Shown here: piece by piece, positions 25,401 through 40,400 of the stretch
Layout of the letters: every line of letters begins with the position of its first letter
Position numbering within the stretch: position 1 is the first letter of the stretch
Assembly (NCBI GenBank): GCA_964016885.1
Contig: OZ024740.1
Coordinates: 1,302,001-1,366,000 of the forward strand
Direction: 5' to 3'
Length of the DNA stretch: 64,000 nucleotides
Source of the DNA: Eledone cirrhosa
Lineage: Eukaryota
Notes under the pieces: generated by a model
Seen by the model: only the letters and a program-made list of their open reading frames with translations
Database searches by the model: none
Told to the model about the DNA's origin: nothing
Program-made: the position numbers and the translations under genes

Positions 25401-28400
25401 CAGTCAGTTGTTTGGTGGTATGGTTTAGCAGTCAGATGTTTGGTGGTATGGTTTAACAGTCAGATATTTGGTGGTATGGTTTAACAGGCAGATGTTAGGT
25501 GGTATGGTTTAACAGTCATATGTTTGGTGGTATGGTTTAACAGTCAGTTGTTTGGTGGTATGGTTTAACAGTCAGATGTTTGGTGGTACGGTTTAACAGT
25601 TAGTTGTTTGGTGGTATGGTTTAACAGTCACATGTTTGGTGGTATGGTTTAACAGTCAGATGTTTGGTGGTATGGTTTAACAGTCACATGTTTGGTGGTA
25701 TGGTTTAACAGTCAGATGTTTGGTGGTATGGTTTAACAGTCAGTTGTTTGGTGGTATGGTTTAACAGTCAGTTCTTTGGTGGTATGGTTTAACAGTCAGT
25801 TGTTTGGTGGTATGGTTTAACAGTCAGTTGTTTGGTGGTATGGTTTAACAGTCAGTTGTTTGGTGGTATGGTTTAACAGTCAGATGTTTGGTGGTATGGT
25901 TTAACAGTCAGATGTTTGGTGGTATGGTTTAACAGTCACATGTTTGGTGGTATGGTTTAACAGTCAGTTGTTTGGTGGTATGGTTTAACAGTCAGATGTT
26001 TGGTGGTATGGTTGAACAGTCAGTTGTTTGGTGGTATGTTTTAACAGTCAGTTGTTTGGTGGTATGGTTTAACAGTCAGTTGTTTGGTGGTATGGTTTAA
26101 CAGTCAGATGTTTGGTGGTATGGTTTAACAGTCAGATGTTTGGTGGTATGGTTTAAGAGTCAGTTGTTTGGTGGTATGGTTTAACAGTCAGATGTTTGGT
26201 GGTATGGTTTAACAGTCAGATGTTTGGTGGTATGGTTTAACAGTCACATGTTTGGTGGTATGGTTTAACAGTCAGTTGTTTGGTGGTATGGTTTAACAGT
26301 CAGTTGTTTGGTGGTATGGTTTAACAGTCAGATGTTTGGTGGTATGGGTTAACAGTCAGTTGTTTGGTGGTATGGTTTAACAGTCAGTTGTTTGGTGGTA
26401 TGGTTTAACAGTCACATGTTTGGTGGTATGGTTTAACAGTCAGTTGTTTGGTGGTATGGTTTAACAGTCAGTTGTTTGGTGGTATGGTTTAACAGTCAGA
26501 TGTTTGGTGGTATGGTTTAACAGTCAGTTGTTTGGTGGTATGGTTTAACAGTCAGATGTTTGGTGGTATGGTTTAACAGTTAGATGTTTGGTGGTATGGT
26601 TTAACAGTCAGATGTTTGGTGGTATGGTTTAACAGTCACATGTTTGGTGGTATGGTTTAACAATCAGATCTGATGTTTGGTGGTATGGTTTAACAGTCAG
26701 ATGTTTGGTGGTATGGTTTAACAGTCAGTTGTTTGGTGGTATGGTTTAACAGTCAGTTGTTTGGTGGTATGGTTTAACAGTCAGATGTTTGGTGGTATGG
26801 TTTAACAGTCACATGTTTGGTGGTATGGTTTAACAGTCAGTTGTTTGGTGGTATGGTTTAACAGTCAGATGTTTGGTGGTATGGTTTAACAGTCAGTTGT
26901 TTGGTGGTATGGTTTAAGAGTCAGATGTTTGGTGGTATGGTTTAACAGTCAGATGTTTGGTGGTATGGTTTAACAGTCACATGTTTGGTGGTATGGTTTA
27001 ACAATCAGATCTGATGTTTGGTGGTATGGTTTAACAGTCAGTTGTTTGGTGGTATGGTTTAACAGTCAGATGTTTGGTGGTATGGTTTAACAGTCAGATG
27101 TTTGGTGGTATGGTTTAACAGTCAGTTGTTTGGTGGTATGGTTTAACAGTCAGATGTTTGGTGGTATGGTTTAACAGTCAGTTGTTTGGTGGTATGGTTT
27201 AACAGTCAGATGTTTGGTGGTTTGGTTTAACAGTCAGTTGTTTGGTGGTATTGTTTAACAGTCACATGTTTGGTGGTATGGTTTAACAGTCAGTTGTTTG
27301 GTGGTATGGTTTAACAGTCAGTTGTTTGGTAGTATGGTTTAACAGTCAGATGTTTGGTGGTATGGTTTAACAGTCAGATGTTTGGTGGTATGGTTTAACA
27401 GTCAGATGTTTGGTGGTATGGTTTAACAGTCAGATGTTTGGTGGTATGGTTTAACAGTCAGTTGTTTGGTGGTATGGTTTAACAGTCAGTTGTTTGGTAG
27501 TATGGTTTAACAGTCAGATGTTTGGTGGTATGGTTTAACAGTCAGATGTTTGGTGGTATGGTTTAACAGTCAGATGTTTGGTGGTATGGTTTAACAGTCA
27601 GATGTTTGGTGGTATGGTTTAACAGTCAGATGTTTGGTGGTATGGTTTAACAGTCAGTTGTTTGGTGGTATGGTTTAACAATCAGATCTGATGTTCGGTG
27701 GTATGGTTTAAGAGTCAGATGTTTGGTGGTATGGTTTAAGAGTCAGATGTTTGGTGGTATGGTTTAAGAGTCAGATGTTTGGTGGTATGGTTTAACAGTC
27801 AGTTGTTTGGTGGTATGGTTTAGCAGTCAGATGTTTGGTGGTATGGTTTAACAGTCAGATATTTGGTGGTATGGTTTAACAGGCAGATGTTAGGTGGTAT
27901 GGTTTAACAGTCAGATGTTTGGTGGTATGGTTTAACAGTCAGTTGTTTGGTGGTATGGTTTAACAGTCAGATGTTTGGTGGTACGGTTTAACAGTTAGTT
28001 GTTTGGTGGTATGGTTTAACAGTCACATGTTTGGTGGTATGGTTTAACAGTCAGATGTTTGGTGGTATGGTTTAACAGTCACATGTTTGGTGGTATGGTT
28101 TAACAGTCAGATGTTTGGTGGTATGGTTTAACAGTCAGTTGTTTGGTGGTATGGTTTAACAGTCAGTTGTTTGGTGGTATGGTTTAACAGTCAGTTGTTT
28201 GGTGGTATGGTTTAACAGTCAGTTGTTTGGTGATATGGTTTAACAGTCAGTTGTTTGGTGGTATGGTTTAACAGTCAGATGTTTGGTGGTATGGTTTAAC
28301 AGTCAGATGTTTGGTGGTATGGTTTAACAGTCACATGTTTGGTGGTATGGTTTAACAGTCAGTTGTTTGGTGGTATGGTTTAACAGTCAGATGTTTGGTG

Positions 28401-31400
28401 GTATGGTTGAACAGTCAGTTGTTTGGTGGTATGGTTTAACAGTCAGTTGTTTGGTGGTATGGTTTAACAGTCAGTTGTTTGGTGGTATGGTTTAACAGTT
28501 AGATGTTTGGTGGTATGGTTTAACAATCAGATCTGATGTTTGGTGGTATGGTTTAACAGTCAGATGTTTGGTGGTATGGTTTAACAGCCAGTTGTTTGGT
28601 GGTATGGTTTAACAGTCAGTTGTTTGGTGGTATGGTTTAACAGTCAGATGTTTGGTGGTATGGTTTAACAGTCAGATGTTTGATGGTATGGTTTAACAGT
28701 CAAATGTTTGGTGGTATGGTTTAACAGTCAGATTATTTGGTGGTATGGTTTAACAATCAGATCTGATGTTTGGTCGTATGATTTAACAGTCAGATGTTTG
28801 GTGGTATGGTTTAACAGTCAGATGTTTGGTGGTATGGTTTAACAGTCAGTTGTTTGGTGGTATGGTTTAACAGTCAGATGTTTGGTGGTATGGTTTAACA
28901 GTCAGATGTTTGGTGGTATGGTTTAACAGTCAGATGTTTGGTAGCATGGTTTAACAGTCATATGTTTGGTGGTATGGTTTAACAGTCAGTTGTTTGGTGG
29001 TATGGTTTAACAGTCAGATGTTTGGTGGTATGGTTTAACAGTCAGATGTTTGGTGGTATGGTTTAACAGTCAGATGTTTGGTGGTATGGTTTAACGTCAG
29101 ATGTTTGGTGGTATGGTTTAACAGTCAGTTGTTTGGTGGTATGGTTTAACAGTCAGATGTTTGGTGGTATGGTTTAACAGTCAGATGTTTTGTGGTATGT
29201 TTTAACAGTCAGTTGTTTGGTGGTATGGTTTAACAGTCAGATGTTTAGTGGTATGGTTTAACAGTCAGATGTTTGGTGGTATGGTTTAACAGTCAGTTGT
29301 TTGGTGGTATGGTTTAACAATCAGATGTTTGGTGGTATGGTTTAACAGTCAGATGTTTGGTGGTATGGTTTAACAATTAGATCTAATGTTTGGTGGTATG
29401 GTTTAAGAGTCAGATGTTTGGTGGTAAGGTTTAACAGTCAGATGTTTGGTGGTATGGCTTAACAGTCAGATGTTTGGTGATATGGTTTAACACTCAGATG
29501 TTTGGTGGCATGGTTTAACAGTCAGTTCTATGGTGGTATGGTTTAACAGTCAGATGTTTGGTGGTATAGTTTAACAGTCAGATGTTTGGTGGTATGGTTT
29601 AACAATCAGATCTGATGTTTGGTGGTATGGATTAAGAGTCAGATGTTTGGTGGTATGGTTTAAGAGTCAGATGTTTGGTGGTATGTTTTAACAGTCAGAT
29701 GTTTGGTGGTATGGTTTAACAGTCAGTTGTTTGGTGGTATGGTTTAGCAGTCAGATGTTTGGTGGTATGGTTTAACAGTCAGATATTTGGTGGTATGGTT
29801 TAACAGGCAGATGTTGGTGGTATGGGTTAACAGTCATATGTTTGGTGGTATGGTTTAACAGTCAGATGTTTGGTGGTATGGTTTAACAGTCAGTTGTTTG
29901 GTGGTATGGTTTAACAGTCAGATGTTTGGTGGTACGGTTTAACAGTCAGTTGTTTGTTGGTATGGTTTAACAGTCACATGTTTGGTGGTATGGTTTAACA
30001 GTCATGTTTGGTGGTATGGTTTAACAGTCAGATGTTTGGTGGTATGGTTTAACAGTCAGTTGTTTGGTGGTATGGTTTAACAGTCAGTTGTTTGGTGGTA
30101 TGGTTTAACAGTCAGATGTTTGGTGGTATGGTTTAACAGTCAGTTGTTTGGTGGTATGGTTTAACAGTCAGATGTTTTTGTGGTATGGTTTAACAGTAAG
30201 ATGTTTGGTGGTATGGTTTAACAGTCAGATGTTTGGTGGTATGGTTTAACAGTCAGATGTTTTGTGGTATGTTTTAACAGTCAGTTGTTTGGTGGTATGG
30301 TTTAACAGTCAGATGTTTGGTGGTATGGTTTAACAGTCAGTTGTTTGGTGGTATGTTTTAACAGTCAGATGTTTGGTGGTATGGTTTAAGAGTCAGATGT
30401 TTGGTGGTATGGTTTAACAATTAGATCTGATGTTTGGTGGTATGGTTTAAGCATAAGATGTTTGGTGGTATGGTTTAAGAGTCAGATGTTTGGTGGTATG
30501 GTTTAACAGTCAGATGTTTGGTGGTATGGTTTAACAGTCAGTTGTTTGGTGGTATGGTTTAACAATCAGATGTTTGGTGGTATGGTTTAAGAGTCAGATG
30601 TTTGGGTGGTATGGTTTAACAGTCAGTTGTTTGGTGGTATGGTTTAACAGTCAGTTGTTTGGTGGTATGGTTTAACAGTCAGATGTTTGGTGGTATGGTT
30701 TAACAGTCAGATGTTTAGTGGTATGGTTTAACAGTAAGATGTTTGGTGGTATGGTTTAACAATTAGATCTGATGTTTGGTGGTATGGTTTAAGAGTCAGA
30801 TGTTTGGTGGTAAGGTTTAACAGTCAGATGTTTGGTGGTATGGCTTAACAGTCAGATGTTTGGTGATATGGTTTAACACTCAGATGTTTGGTGGTATGGT
30901 TTAACAGTCAGTTCTATGGTGGTATGGTTTAACAGTCAGATGTTTGGTGGTATAGTTTAACAGTCAGATGTTTGGTGGTATGGTTTAACAATCAGATCTG
31001 ATGTTTGGTGGTATGGATTAAGAGTCAGATGTTTGGTGGTATGGTTTAAGAGTCAGATGTTTGGTGGTATGGTTTAACAGTCAGATGTTTGGTGGTATGG
31101 TTTAACAGTCAGTTGTTTGGTGGTATGGTTTAGCAGTCAGATGTTTGGTGGTATGGTTTAACAGGCAGATGTTGGTGGTATGGGTTAACAGTCATATGTT
31201 TGGTGGTATGGTTTAACAGTCAGATGTTTGGTGGTATGGTTTAACAGTCAGTTGTTTGGTGGTATGGTTTAACAGTCAGATGTTTGGTGGTACGGTTTAA
31301 CAGTCAGTTGTTTGGTGGTATGGTTTAACAGTCACATGTTTGGTGGTATGGTTTAACAGTCATATGTTTGGTGGTATGGTTTAACAGTCAGATGTTTGGT

Positions 31401-34400
31401 GGTATGGTTTAACAGTCAGTTGTTTGGTGGTATGGTTTAACAGTCAGTTGTTTGGTGGTATGGTTTAACAGTCAGATGTTTGGTGGTATGGTTTAACAGT
31501 CAGTTGTTTGGTGGTATGGTTTAACAGTCAGATGTTTGGTGGTATGGTTTAACAGTAAGATGTTTGGTGGTATGGTTTAACAGTCAGATGTTTGGTGGTA
31601 TGGTTTAACAGTCAGATGTTTGGTGGTATGGTTTAACAGTCAGATGTTTGGTGGTATGGTTTAACAGTCAGTTGTTTGGTGGTATGTTTTAACAGTCAGA
31701 TGTTTGGTGGTATGGTTTAAGAGTCAGATGTTTGGTGGTATGGTTTAACAATTAGATCTGATGTTTGGTGGTATGGTTTAAGCATAAGATGTTTGGTGGT
31801 ATGGTTTAAGAGTCAGATGTTTGGTGGTATGGTTTAACAGTCAGATGTTTGGTGGTATGGTTTAACAGTCAGTTGTTTGGTGGTATGGTTTAACAATCAG
31901 ATGTTTGGTGGTATGGTTTAAGAGGCAGATGTTTGGGTGGTATGGTTTAACAGTCAGTTGTTTGGTGGTATGGTTTAACAGTCAGTTTTTTGGTGGTATG
32001 GTTTAACAGTCAGATGTTTGGTGGTATGGTTTAACAGTCAGTTGTTTGGTGGTAAGGTTTAACAGTCAGATGTTTGGTGGTATGGTTTAACAGTCAGATG
32101 TTTGGTGGTATGGTTTAACAGTCAGATGTTTGGTGGTATGGTTTAACAGTCAGTTCTTTGGTGGTATGGTTTAACAGTCAGATGTTTGGTGGTATAGTTT
32201 AACAGTCAGATGTTTGGTGGTATGATTTAACAATCAGATCTGATGTTTGGTGGTATGGTTTAAGAGTCAGATGTTTGGTGGTATGGTTTAAGAGTCAGAT
32301 GTTTGGTGGTATGGTTTAACAGTCAGATGTTTGGTGGTATGATTTAACAGTCAGTCGTTTGGTGGTATGGTTTAGCAGTAAGATGTTTGGTGGTATGGTT
32401 TAACAGTCAGATATTTGGTGGTATGGTTTAACAGTCAGATGTTTGGTGGTTTGGTTTAACAGTCAGATGTTTGGTGGTATGGTTTAACAGTCAGATGTTT
32501 GGTGGTATGGTTTAACAGTCAGTTGTTTGGTGGTATGGTTTAACCGTCAGATGTTTGGTGGTACGGTTTAACAGTCAGTTATTTGGTGGTATGGGTTAAC
32601 AGTCACATGTTTGGTGGTATGGTTTAACAGTCAGATGTTTGGTGGTATGGTTTAACAGTCAGATGTTTGGTGGTATGGTTTAACAGTCAGTTGTTTGGTG
32701 GTATGGTTTAACAGTCAGTTGTTTGGTGGTATGGTTTAACAGTCACATGTTTGGTGGTATGATTTAACAGTCAGATGTTTGGTGGTATGGTTTAACAGTC
32801 AAATGTTTGGTGATATGGTTTAACAGTCAGATGTTTTGTGGTATGTTTTAACAGTCAGTTGTTTGGTGGTATGGTTTAACAGTCAGTCGTTTGGTGGTAT
32901 GGTTTAGCAGTAAGATGTTTGGTGGTATGGTTTAACAGTCAGATATTTGGTGGTATGGTTTAACAGTCAGATGTTTGGTGGTTTGGTTTAACAGTCAGAT
33001 GTTTGGTGGTATGGTTTAACAGTCAGATGTTTGGTGGTATGGTTTAACAGTCAGTTGTTTGGTGGTATGGTTTAACCGTCAGATGTTTGGTGGTACGGTT
33101 TAACAGTCAGTTATTTGGTGGTATGGGTTAACAGTCACATGTTTGGTGGTATGGTTTAACAGTCAGATGTTTGGTGGTATGGTTTAACAGTCAGATGTTT
33201 GGTGGTATGGTTTAACAGTCAGTTGTTTGGTGGTATGGTTTAACAGTCAGTTGTTTGGTGGTATGGTTTAACAGTCACATGTTTGGTGGTATGATTTAAC
33301 AGTCAGATGTTTGGTGGTATGGTTTAACAGTCAAATGTTTGGTGGTATGGTTTAACAGTCACATGTTTGGTGGTATGATTTAACAGTCAGATGTTTGGTG
33401 GTATGGTTTAACAGTCAAATGTTTGGTGGTATGGTTTAACAGTCAGATGTTTTGTGGTATGTTTTAACAGTCAGTTGTTTGGTGGTATGGTTTAACAGTC
33501 AGTCGTTTGGTGGTATGGTTTAGCAGTAAGATGTTTGGTGGTATGGTTTAACAGTCAGATATTTGGTGGTATGGTTTAACAGTCAGATGTTTGGTGGTTT
33601 GGTTTAACAGTCAGATTTTTGGTGGTATGGTTTAACAGTCAGATGTTTGGTGGTATGGTTTAACAGTCAGTTGTTTGGTGGTATGGTTTAACCGTCAGAT
33701 GTTTGGTGGTACGGTTTGACAGTCAGTTATTTGGTGGTATGGGTTAACAGTCACATGTTTGGTGGTATGGTTTAACAGTCAGATGTTTGGTGGTATGGTT
33801 TAACAGTCAGATGTTTGGTGGTATGGTTTAACAGTCAGTTGTTTGGTGGTATGGTTTAACAGTCAGTTGTTTGGTGGTATGGTTTAACAGTCACATGTTT
33901 GGTGGTATGATTTAACAGTCAGATGTTTGGTGGTATGGTTTAACAGTCAAATGTTTGGTGGTATGGTTTAACAGTCAAATGTTTGGTGGTATGATTTAAC
34001 AATCAGATGTTTGGTGGTATGGTTTAACAGTCAGATGTTTGGTGGTATGGTTTAACAGTCAGATGTTTGGTGGTATGGTTTATCAGTCAGTTGTTTGGTG
34101 GTAAGGTTTAACAGTCAGATGTTTGGTGGTATGGTTTAACAGTCATATGTTTGGTGGTATGGTTTAAGAGTCACATGTTTGGTGGTATGATTTAACAGTC
34201 AGATGTTTGGTGGTATGGTTTAACAGTCAGTTGTTTGGTGGTATGGTTTAACAGTCAGATGTTTGGTGGTATGGTTTAACAGTCAGATGTTTGGTGGTAT
34301 GGTTTAACAGTCAGATGTTTGGTGGTATGGTTTAACAGTCACATGTTTGGTGGTATGGTTTAACAGTCAGTTGTTTGGTGGTATGGTTTAACAGTCAGAT

Positions 34401-37400
34401 GTTTGGTGGTATGGTTTAACAGTCAGATGTTTGGTGGTATGGTTTAACAGTCACATGTTTGGTGGTATGGTTTAACAATCAGATCTGATGTTTGGTGGTA
34501 TGGTTTAACAGTCAGATGTTTGGTGGTATGGTTTAACAGTCAGTTATTTGGTGGTATGGTTTAACAGTCAGATGTTTGGTGGTATGGTTTAACAGTCACA
34601 TGTTTGGTGGTATGGTTTAACAGTCAGTTGTTTGGTGGTATGGTTTAACAGTCAGATGTTTGGTGGTATGGTTTAACAGTCAGATGTTTGGTGGTATGGT
34701 TTAACAGTCAGATGTTTGGTGGTATGGTTTAACAGTCACATGTTTGGTGGTATGGTTTAACAGTCAGTTGTTTGGTGGTATGGTTTAACAGTCAGATGTT
34801 TGGTGGTATGGTTTAACAGTCAGATGTTTGGTGGTATGGTTTAACAGTCACATGTTTGGTGGTATGGTTTAACAATCAGATCTGATGTTTGGTGGTATGG
34901 TTTAACAGTCAGATGTTTGGTGGTATGGTTTAACAGTCAGTTGTTTGGTGGTATGGTTTAACAGTCAGATGTTTGGTGGTATGGTTTAACAGTCACATGT
35001 TTGGTGGTATGGTTTAACAGTCAGTTGTTTGGTGGTATGGTTTAACAGTCAGATGTTTGGTGGTATGGTTTAACAGTCAGTTGTTTGGTGGTATGGTTTA
35101 ACAGTCAGATGTTTGGTGGTATGGTTTAACAGTCACATGTTTGGTGGTATGGTTTAACAATCAGATCTGATGTTTGGTGGTATGGTTTAACAGTCAGATG
35201 TTTGGTGGTATGGTTTAACAGTCAGTTGTTTGGTGGTATGGTTTAACAGTCAGATGTTTGGTGGTATGGTTTAACAGTCACATGTTTGGTGGTATGGTTT
35301 AACAGTCAGTTGTTTGGTGGTATGGTTTAACAGTCAGATGTTTGGTGGTATGGTTTAACAGTCAGTTGTTTGGTGGTATGGTTTAAGAGTCAGATGTTTG
35401 GTGGTATGGTTTAACAGTCAGATGTTTGGTGGTATGGTTTAACAGTCACATGTTTGGTGGTATGGTTTAACAATCAGATTTGATGTTTGGTGGTATGGTT
35501 TAACAGTCAGTTGTTTGGTGGTATGGTTTAACAGTCAGATGTTTGGTGGTATGGTTTAACAGTCAGATGTTTGGTGGTATGGTTTAACAGTCAGTTGTTT
35601 GGTGGTATGGTTTAACAGTCAGATGTTTGGTGGTATAGTTTAACAGTCAGTTGTTTGGTGGTATGGTTTAACAGTCAGATGTTTGGTGGTTTGGTTTAAC
35701 AGTCAGTTGTTTGGTGGTATGGTTTAACAGTCACATGTTTGGTGGTATGGTTTAACAGTCAGTTGTTTGGTGGTATGGTTTAACAGTCAGTTGTTTGGTA
35801 GTATGGTTTAACAGTCAGATGTTTGGTGGTATGGTTTAACAGTCAGATGTTTGGTGGTATGGTTTAACAGTCAGATGTTTGGTGGTATGGTTTAACAGTC
35901 AGATGTTTGGTGGTATGGTTTAACAGTCAGTTGTTTGGTGGTATGGTTTAACAGTCAGTTGTTTGGTAGTATGGTTTAACAGTCAGATGTTTGGTGGTAT
36001 GGTTTAACAGTCAGATGTTTGGTGGTATGGTTTAACAGTCAGATGTTTGGTGGTATGGTTTAACAGTCAGATGTTTGGTGGTATGGTTTAACAGTCAGAT
36101 GTTTGGTGGTATGGTTTAACAGTCAGTTGTTTGGTGGTATGGTTTAACAATCAGATCTGATGTTCGGTGGTATGGTTTAAGAGTCAGATGTTTGGTGGTA
36201 TGGTTTAAGAGTCAGATGTTTGGTGGTATGGTTTAAGAGTCAGATGTTTGGTGGTATGGTTTAACAGTCAGTTGTTTGGTGGTATGGTTTAGCAGTCAGA
36301 TGTTTGGTGGTATGGTTTAACAGTCAGATATTTGGTGGTATGGTTTAACAGGCAGATGTTAGGTGGTATGGTTTAACAGTCAGATGTTTGGTGGTATGGT
36401 TTAACAGTCAGTTGTTTGGTGGTATGGTTTAACAGTCAGATGTTTGGTGGTACGGTTTAACAGTTAGTTGTTTGGTGGTATGGTTTAACAGTCACATGTT
36501 TGGTGGTATGGTTTAACAGTCAGATGTTTGGTGGTATGGTTTAACAGTCACATGTTTGGTGGTATGGTTTAACAGTCAGATGTTTGGTGGTATGGTTTAA
36601 CAGTAAGTTGTTTGGTGGTATGGTTTAACAGTCAGTTGTTTGGTGGTATGGTTTAACAGTCAGTTGTTTGGTGGTATGGTTTAACAGTCAGTTGTTTGGT
36701 GGTATGGTTTAACAGTCAGTTGTTTGGTGGTATGGTTTAACAGTCAGATGTTTGGTGGTATGGTTTAACAGTCAGATGTTTGGTGGTATGGTTTAACAGT
36801 CACATGTTTGGTGGTATGGTTTAACAGTCAGTTGTTTGGTGGTATGGTTTAACAGTCAGATGTTTGGTGGTATGGTTGAACAGTCAGTTGTTTGGTGGTA
36901 TGGTTTAACAGTCAGTTGTTTGGTGGTATGGTTTAACAGTCAGTTGTTTGGTGGTATGGTTTAACAGTTAGATGTTTGGTGGTATGGTTTAACAATCAGA
37001 TCTGATGTTTGGTGGTATGGTTTAACAGTCAGATGTTTGGTGGTATGGTTTAACAGTCAGTTGTTTGGTGGTATGGTTTAACAGTCAGTTGTTTGGTGGT
37101 ATGGTTTAACAGTCAGATGTTTGGTGGTATGGTTTAACAGTCAGATGTTTGATGGTATGGTTTAACAGTCAAATGTTTGGTGGTATGGTTTAACAGTCAG
37201 ATTATTTGGTGGTATGGTTTAACAATCAGATCTGATGTTTGGTCGTATGATTTAACAGTCAAATGTTTGGTGGTATGGTTTAACAGTCAGATGTTTGGTG
37301 GTATGGTTTAACAGTCAGTTGTTTGGTGGTATGGTTTAACAGTCAGATGTTTGGTGGTATGGTTTAACAGTCAGATGTTTGGTGGTATGGTTTAACAGTC

Positions 37401-40400
37401 AGATGTTTGGTAGCATGGTTTAACAGTCATATGTTTGGTGGTATGGTTTAACAGTCAGTTGTTTGGTGGTATGGTTTAACAGTCAGATGTTTGGTGGTAT
37501 GGTTTAACAGTCAGATGTTTGGTGGTATGGTTTAACAGTCAGATGTTTGGTGGTATGGTTTAACGTCAGATGTTTGGTGGTATGGTTTAACAGTCAGTTG
37601 TTTGGTGGTATGGTTTAACAGTCAGATGTTTGGTGGTATGGTTTAACAGTCAGATGTTTGGTGGTATGGTTTAACAGTCAGATGTTTTGTGGTATGTTTT
37701 AACAGTCAGTTGTTTGGTGGTATGGTTTAACAGTCAGATGTTTAGTGGTATGGTTTAACAGTCAGATGTTTGGTGGTATGGTTTAACAGTCAGTTGTTTG
37801 GTGGTATGGTTTAACAATCAGATGTTTGGTGGTATGGTTTAACAGTCAGATGTTCGGTGGTATGGTTTAACAATTAGATCTAATGTTTGGTGGTATGGTT
37901 TAAGAGTCAGATGTTTGGTGGTAAGGTTTAACAGTCAGATGTTTGGTGGTATGGCTTAACAGTCAGATGTTTGGTGATATGGTTTAACACTCAGATGTTT
38001 GGTGGCATGGTTTAACAGTCAGTTCTATGGTGGTATGGTTTAACAGTCAGATGTTTGGTGGTATAGTTTAACAGTCAGATGTTTGGTGGTATGGTTTAAC
38101 AATCAGATCTGATGTTTGGTGGTATGGATTAAGAGTCAGATGTTTGGTGGTATGGTTTAAGAGTCAGATGTTTGGTGGTATGTTTTAACAGTCAGATGTT
38201 TGGTGGTATGGTTTAACAGTCATATGTTTGGTGGTATGGTTTAACAGTCAGATGTTTGGTGGTATGGTTTAACAGTCAGTTGTTTGGTGGTATGGTTTAA
38301 CAGTCAGATGTTTGGTGGTACGGTTTAACAGTCAGTTGTTTGGTGGTATGGTTTAACAGTCACATGTTTGGTGGTATGGTTTAACAGTCATGTTTGGTGG
38401 TATGGTTTAACAGTCAGATGTTTGGTGGTATGGTTTAACAGTCAGTTGTTTGGTGGTATGGTTTAACAGTCAGTTGTTTGGTGGTATGGTTTAACAGTCA
38501 GATGTTTGGTGGTATGGTTTAACAGTCAGTTGTTTGGTGGTATGGTTTAACAGTCAGATGTTTTTGTGGTATGGTTTAGCAGTAAGATGTTTGGTGGTAT
38601 GGTTTAACAGTCAGATGTTTGGTGGTATGGTTTAACAGTCAGATGTTTTGTGGTATGTTTTAACAGTCAGTTGTTTGGTGGTATGGTTTAACAGTCAGAT
38701 GTTTGGTGGTATGGTTTAACAGTCAGATGTTTGGTGATATGGTTTAACAGTCAGTTGTTTGGTGGTAAGGTTTAACAGTCAGATGTTTGGTGGTATGGTT
38801 TAACAGTCAGATGTTTGGTGGTATGGTTTAACAGTCAGTTGTTTGGTGGTATGTTTTAACAGTCAGATGTTTGGTGGTATGGTTTAAGAGTCAGATGTTT
38901 GGTGGTATGGTTTAACAATTAGATCTGATGTTTGGTGGTATGGTTTAAGCATAAGATGTTTGGTGGTATGGTTTAAGAGTCAGATGTTTGGTGGTATGGT
39001 TTAACAGTCAGATGTTTGGTGGTATGGTTTAACAGTCAGTTGTTTGGTGGTATGGTTTAACAATCAGATGTTTGGTGGTATGGTTTAAGAGTCAGATGTT
39101 TGGGTGGTATGGTTTAACAGTCAGTTGTTTGGTGGTATGGTTTAACAGTCAGTTGTTTGGTGGTATGGTTTAACAGTCAGATGTTTGGTGGTATGGTTTA
39201 ACAGTCAGATGTTTAGTGGTATGGTTTAACAGTAAGATGTTTGGTGGTATGGTTTAACAATTAGATCTGATGTTTGGTGGTATGGTTTAAGAGTCAGATG
39301 TTTGGTGGTAAGGTTTAACAGTCAGATGTTTGGTGGTATGGCTTAACAGTCAGATGTTTGGTGATATGGTTTAACACTCAGATGTTTGGTGGTATGGTTT
39401 AACAGTCAGTTCTATGGTGGTATGGTTTAACAGTCAGATGTTTGGTGGTATAGTTTAACAGTCAGATGTTTGGTGGTATGGTTTAACAATCAGATCTGAT
39501 GTTTGGTGGTATGGATTAAGAGTCAGATGTTTGGTGGTATGGTTTAAGAGTCAGATGTTTGGTGGTATGGTTTAACAGTCAGATGTTTGGTGGTATGGTT
39601 TAACAGTCAGTTGTTTGGTGGTATGGTTTAGCAGTCAGATGTTTGGTGGTATGGTTTAACAGGCAGATGTTGGTGGTATGGGTTAACAGTCATATGTTTG
39701 GTGGTATGGTTTAACAGTCAGATGTTTGGTGGTATGGTTTAACAGTCAGTTGTTTGGTGGTATGGTTTAACAGTCAGATGTTTGGTGGTACGGTTTAACA
39801 GTCAGTTGTTTGGTGGTATGGTTTAACAGTCACATGTTTGGTGGTATGGTTTAACAGTCATATGTTTGGTGGTATGGTTTAACAGTCAGATGTTTGGTGG
39901 TATGGTTTAACAGTCAGTTGTTTGGTGGTATGGTTTAACAGTCAGTTGTTTGGTGGTATGGTTTAACAGTCAGATGTTTGGTGGTATGGTTTAACAGTCA
40001 GTTGTTTGGTGGTATGGTTTAACAGTCAGATGTTTGGTGGTATGGTTTAACAGTAAGATGTTTGGTGGTATGGTTTAACAGTCAGATGTTTGGTGGTATG
40101 GTTTAACAGTCAGATGTTTTGTGGTATGTTTTAACAGTCAGTTGTTTGGTGGTAAGGTTTAACAGTCAGATGTTTGGTGGTATGGTTTAACAGTCAGATG
40201 TTTGGTGGTATGGTTTAACAGTCAGTTGTTTGGTGGTATGTTTTAACAGTCAGATGTTTGGTGGTATGGTTTAAGAGTCAGATGTTTGGTGGTATGGTTT
40301 AACAATTAGATCTGATGTTTGGTGGTATGGTTTAAGCATAAGATGTTTGGTGGTATGGTTTAAGCATAAGATGTTTGGTGGTATGGTTTAAGAGTCAGAT

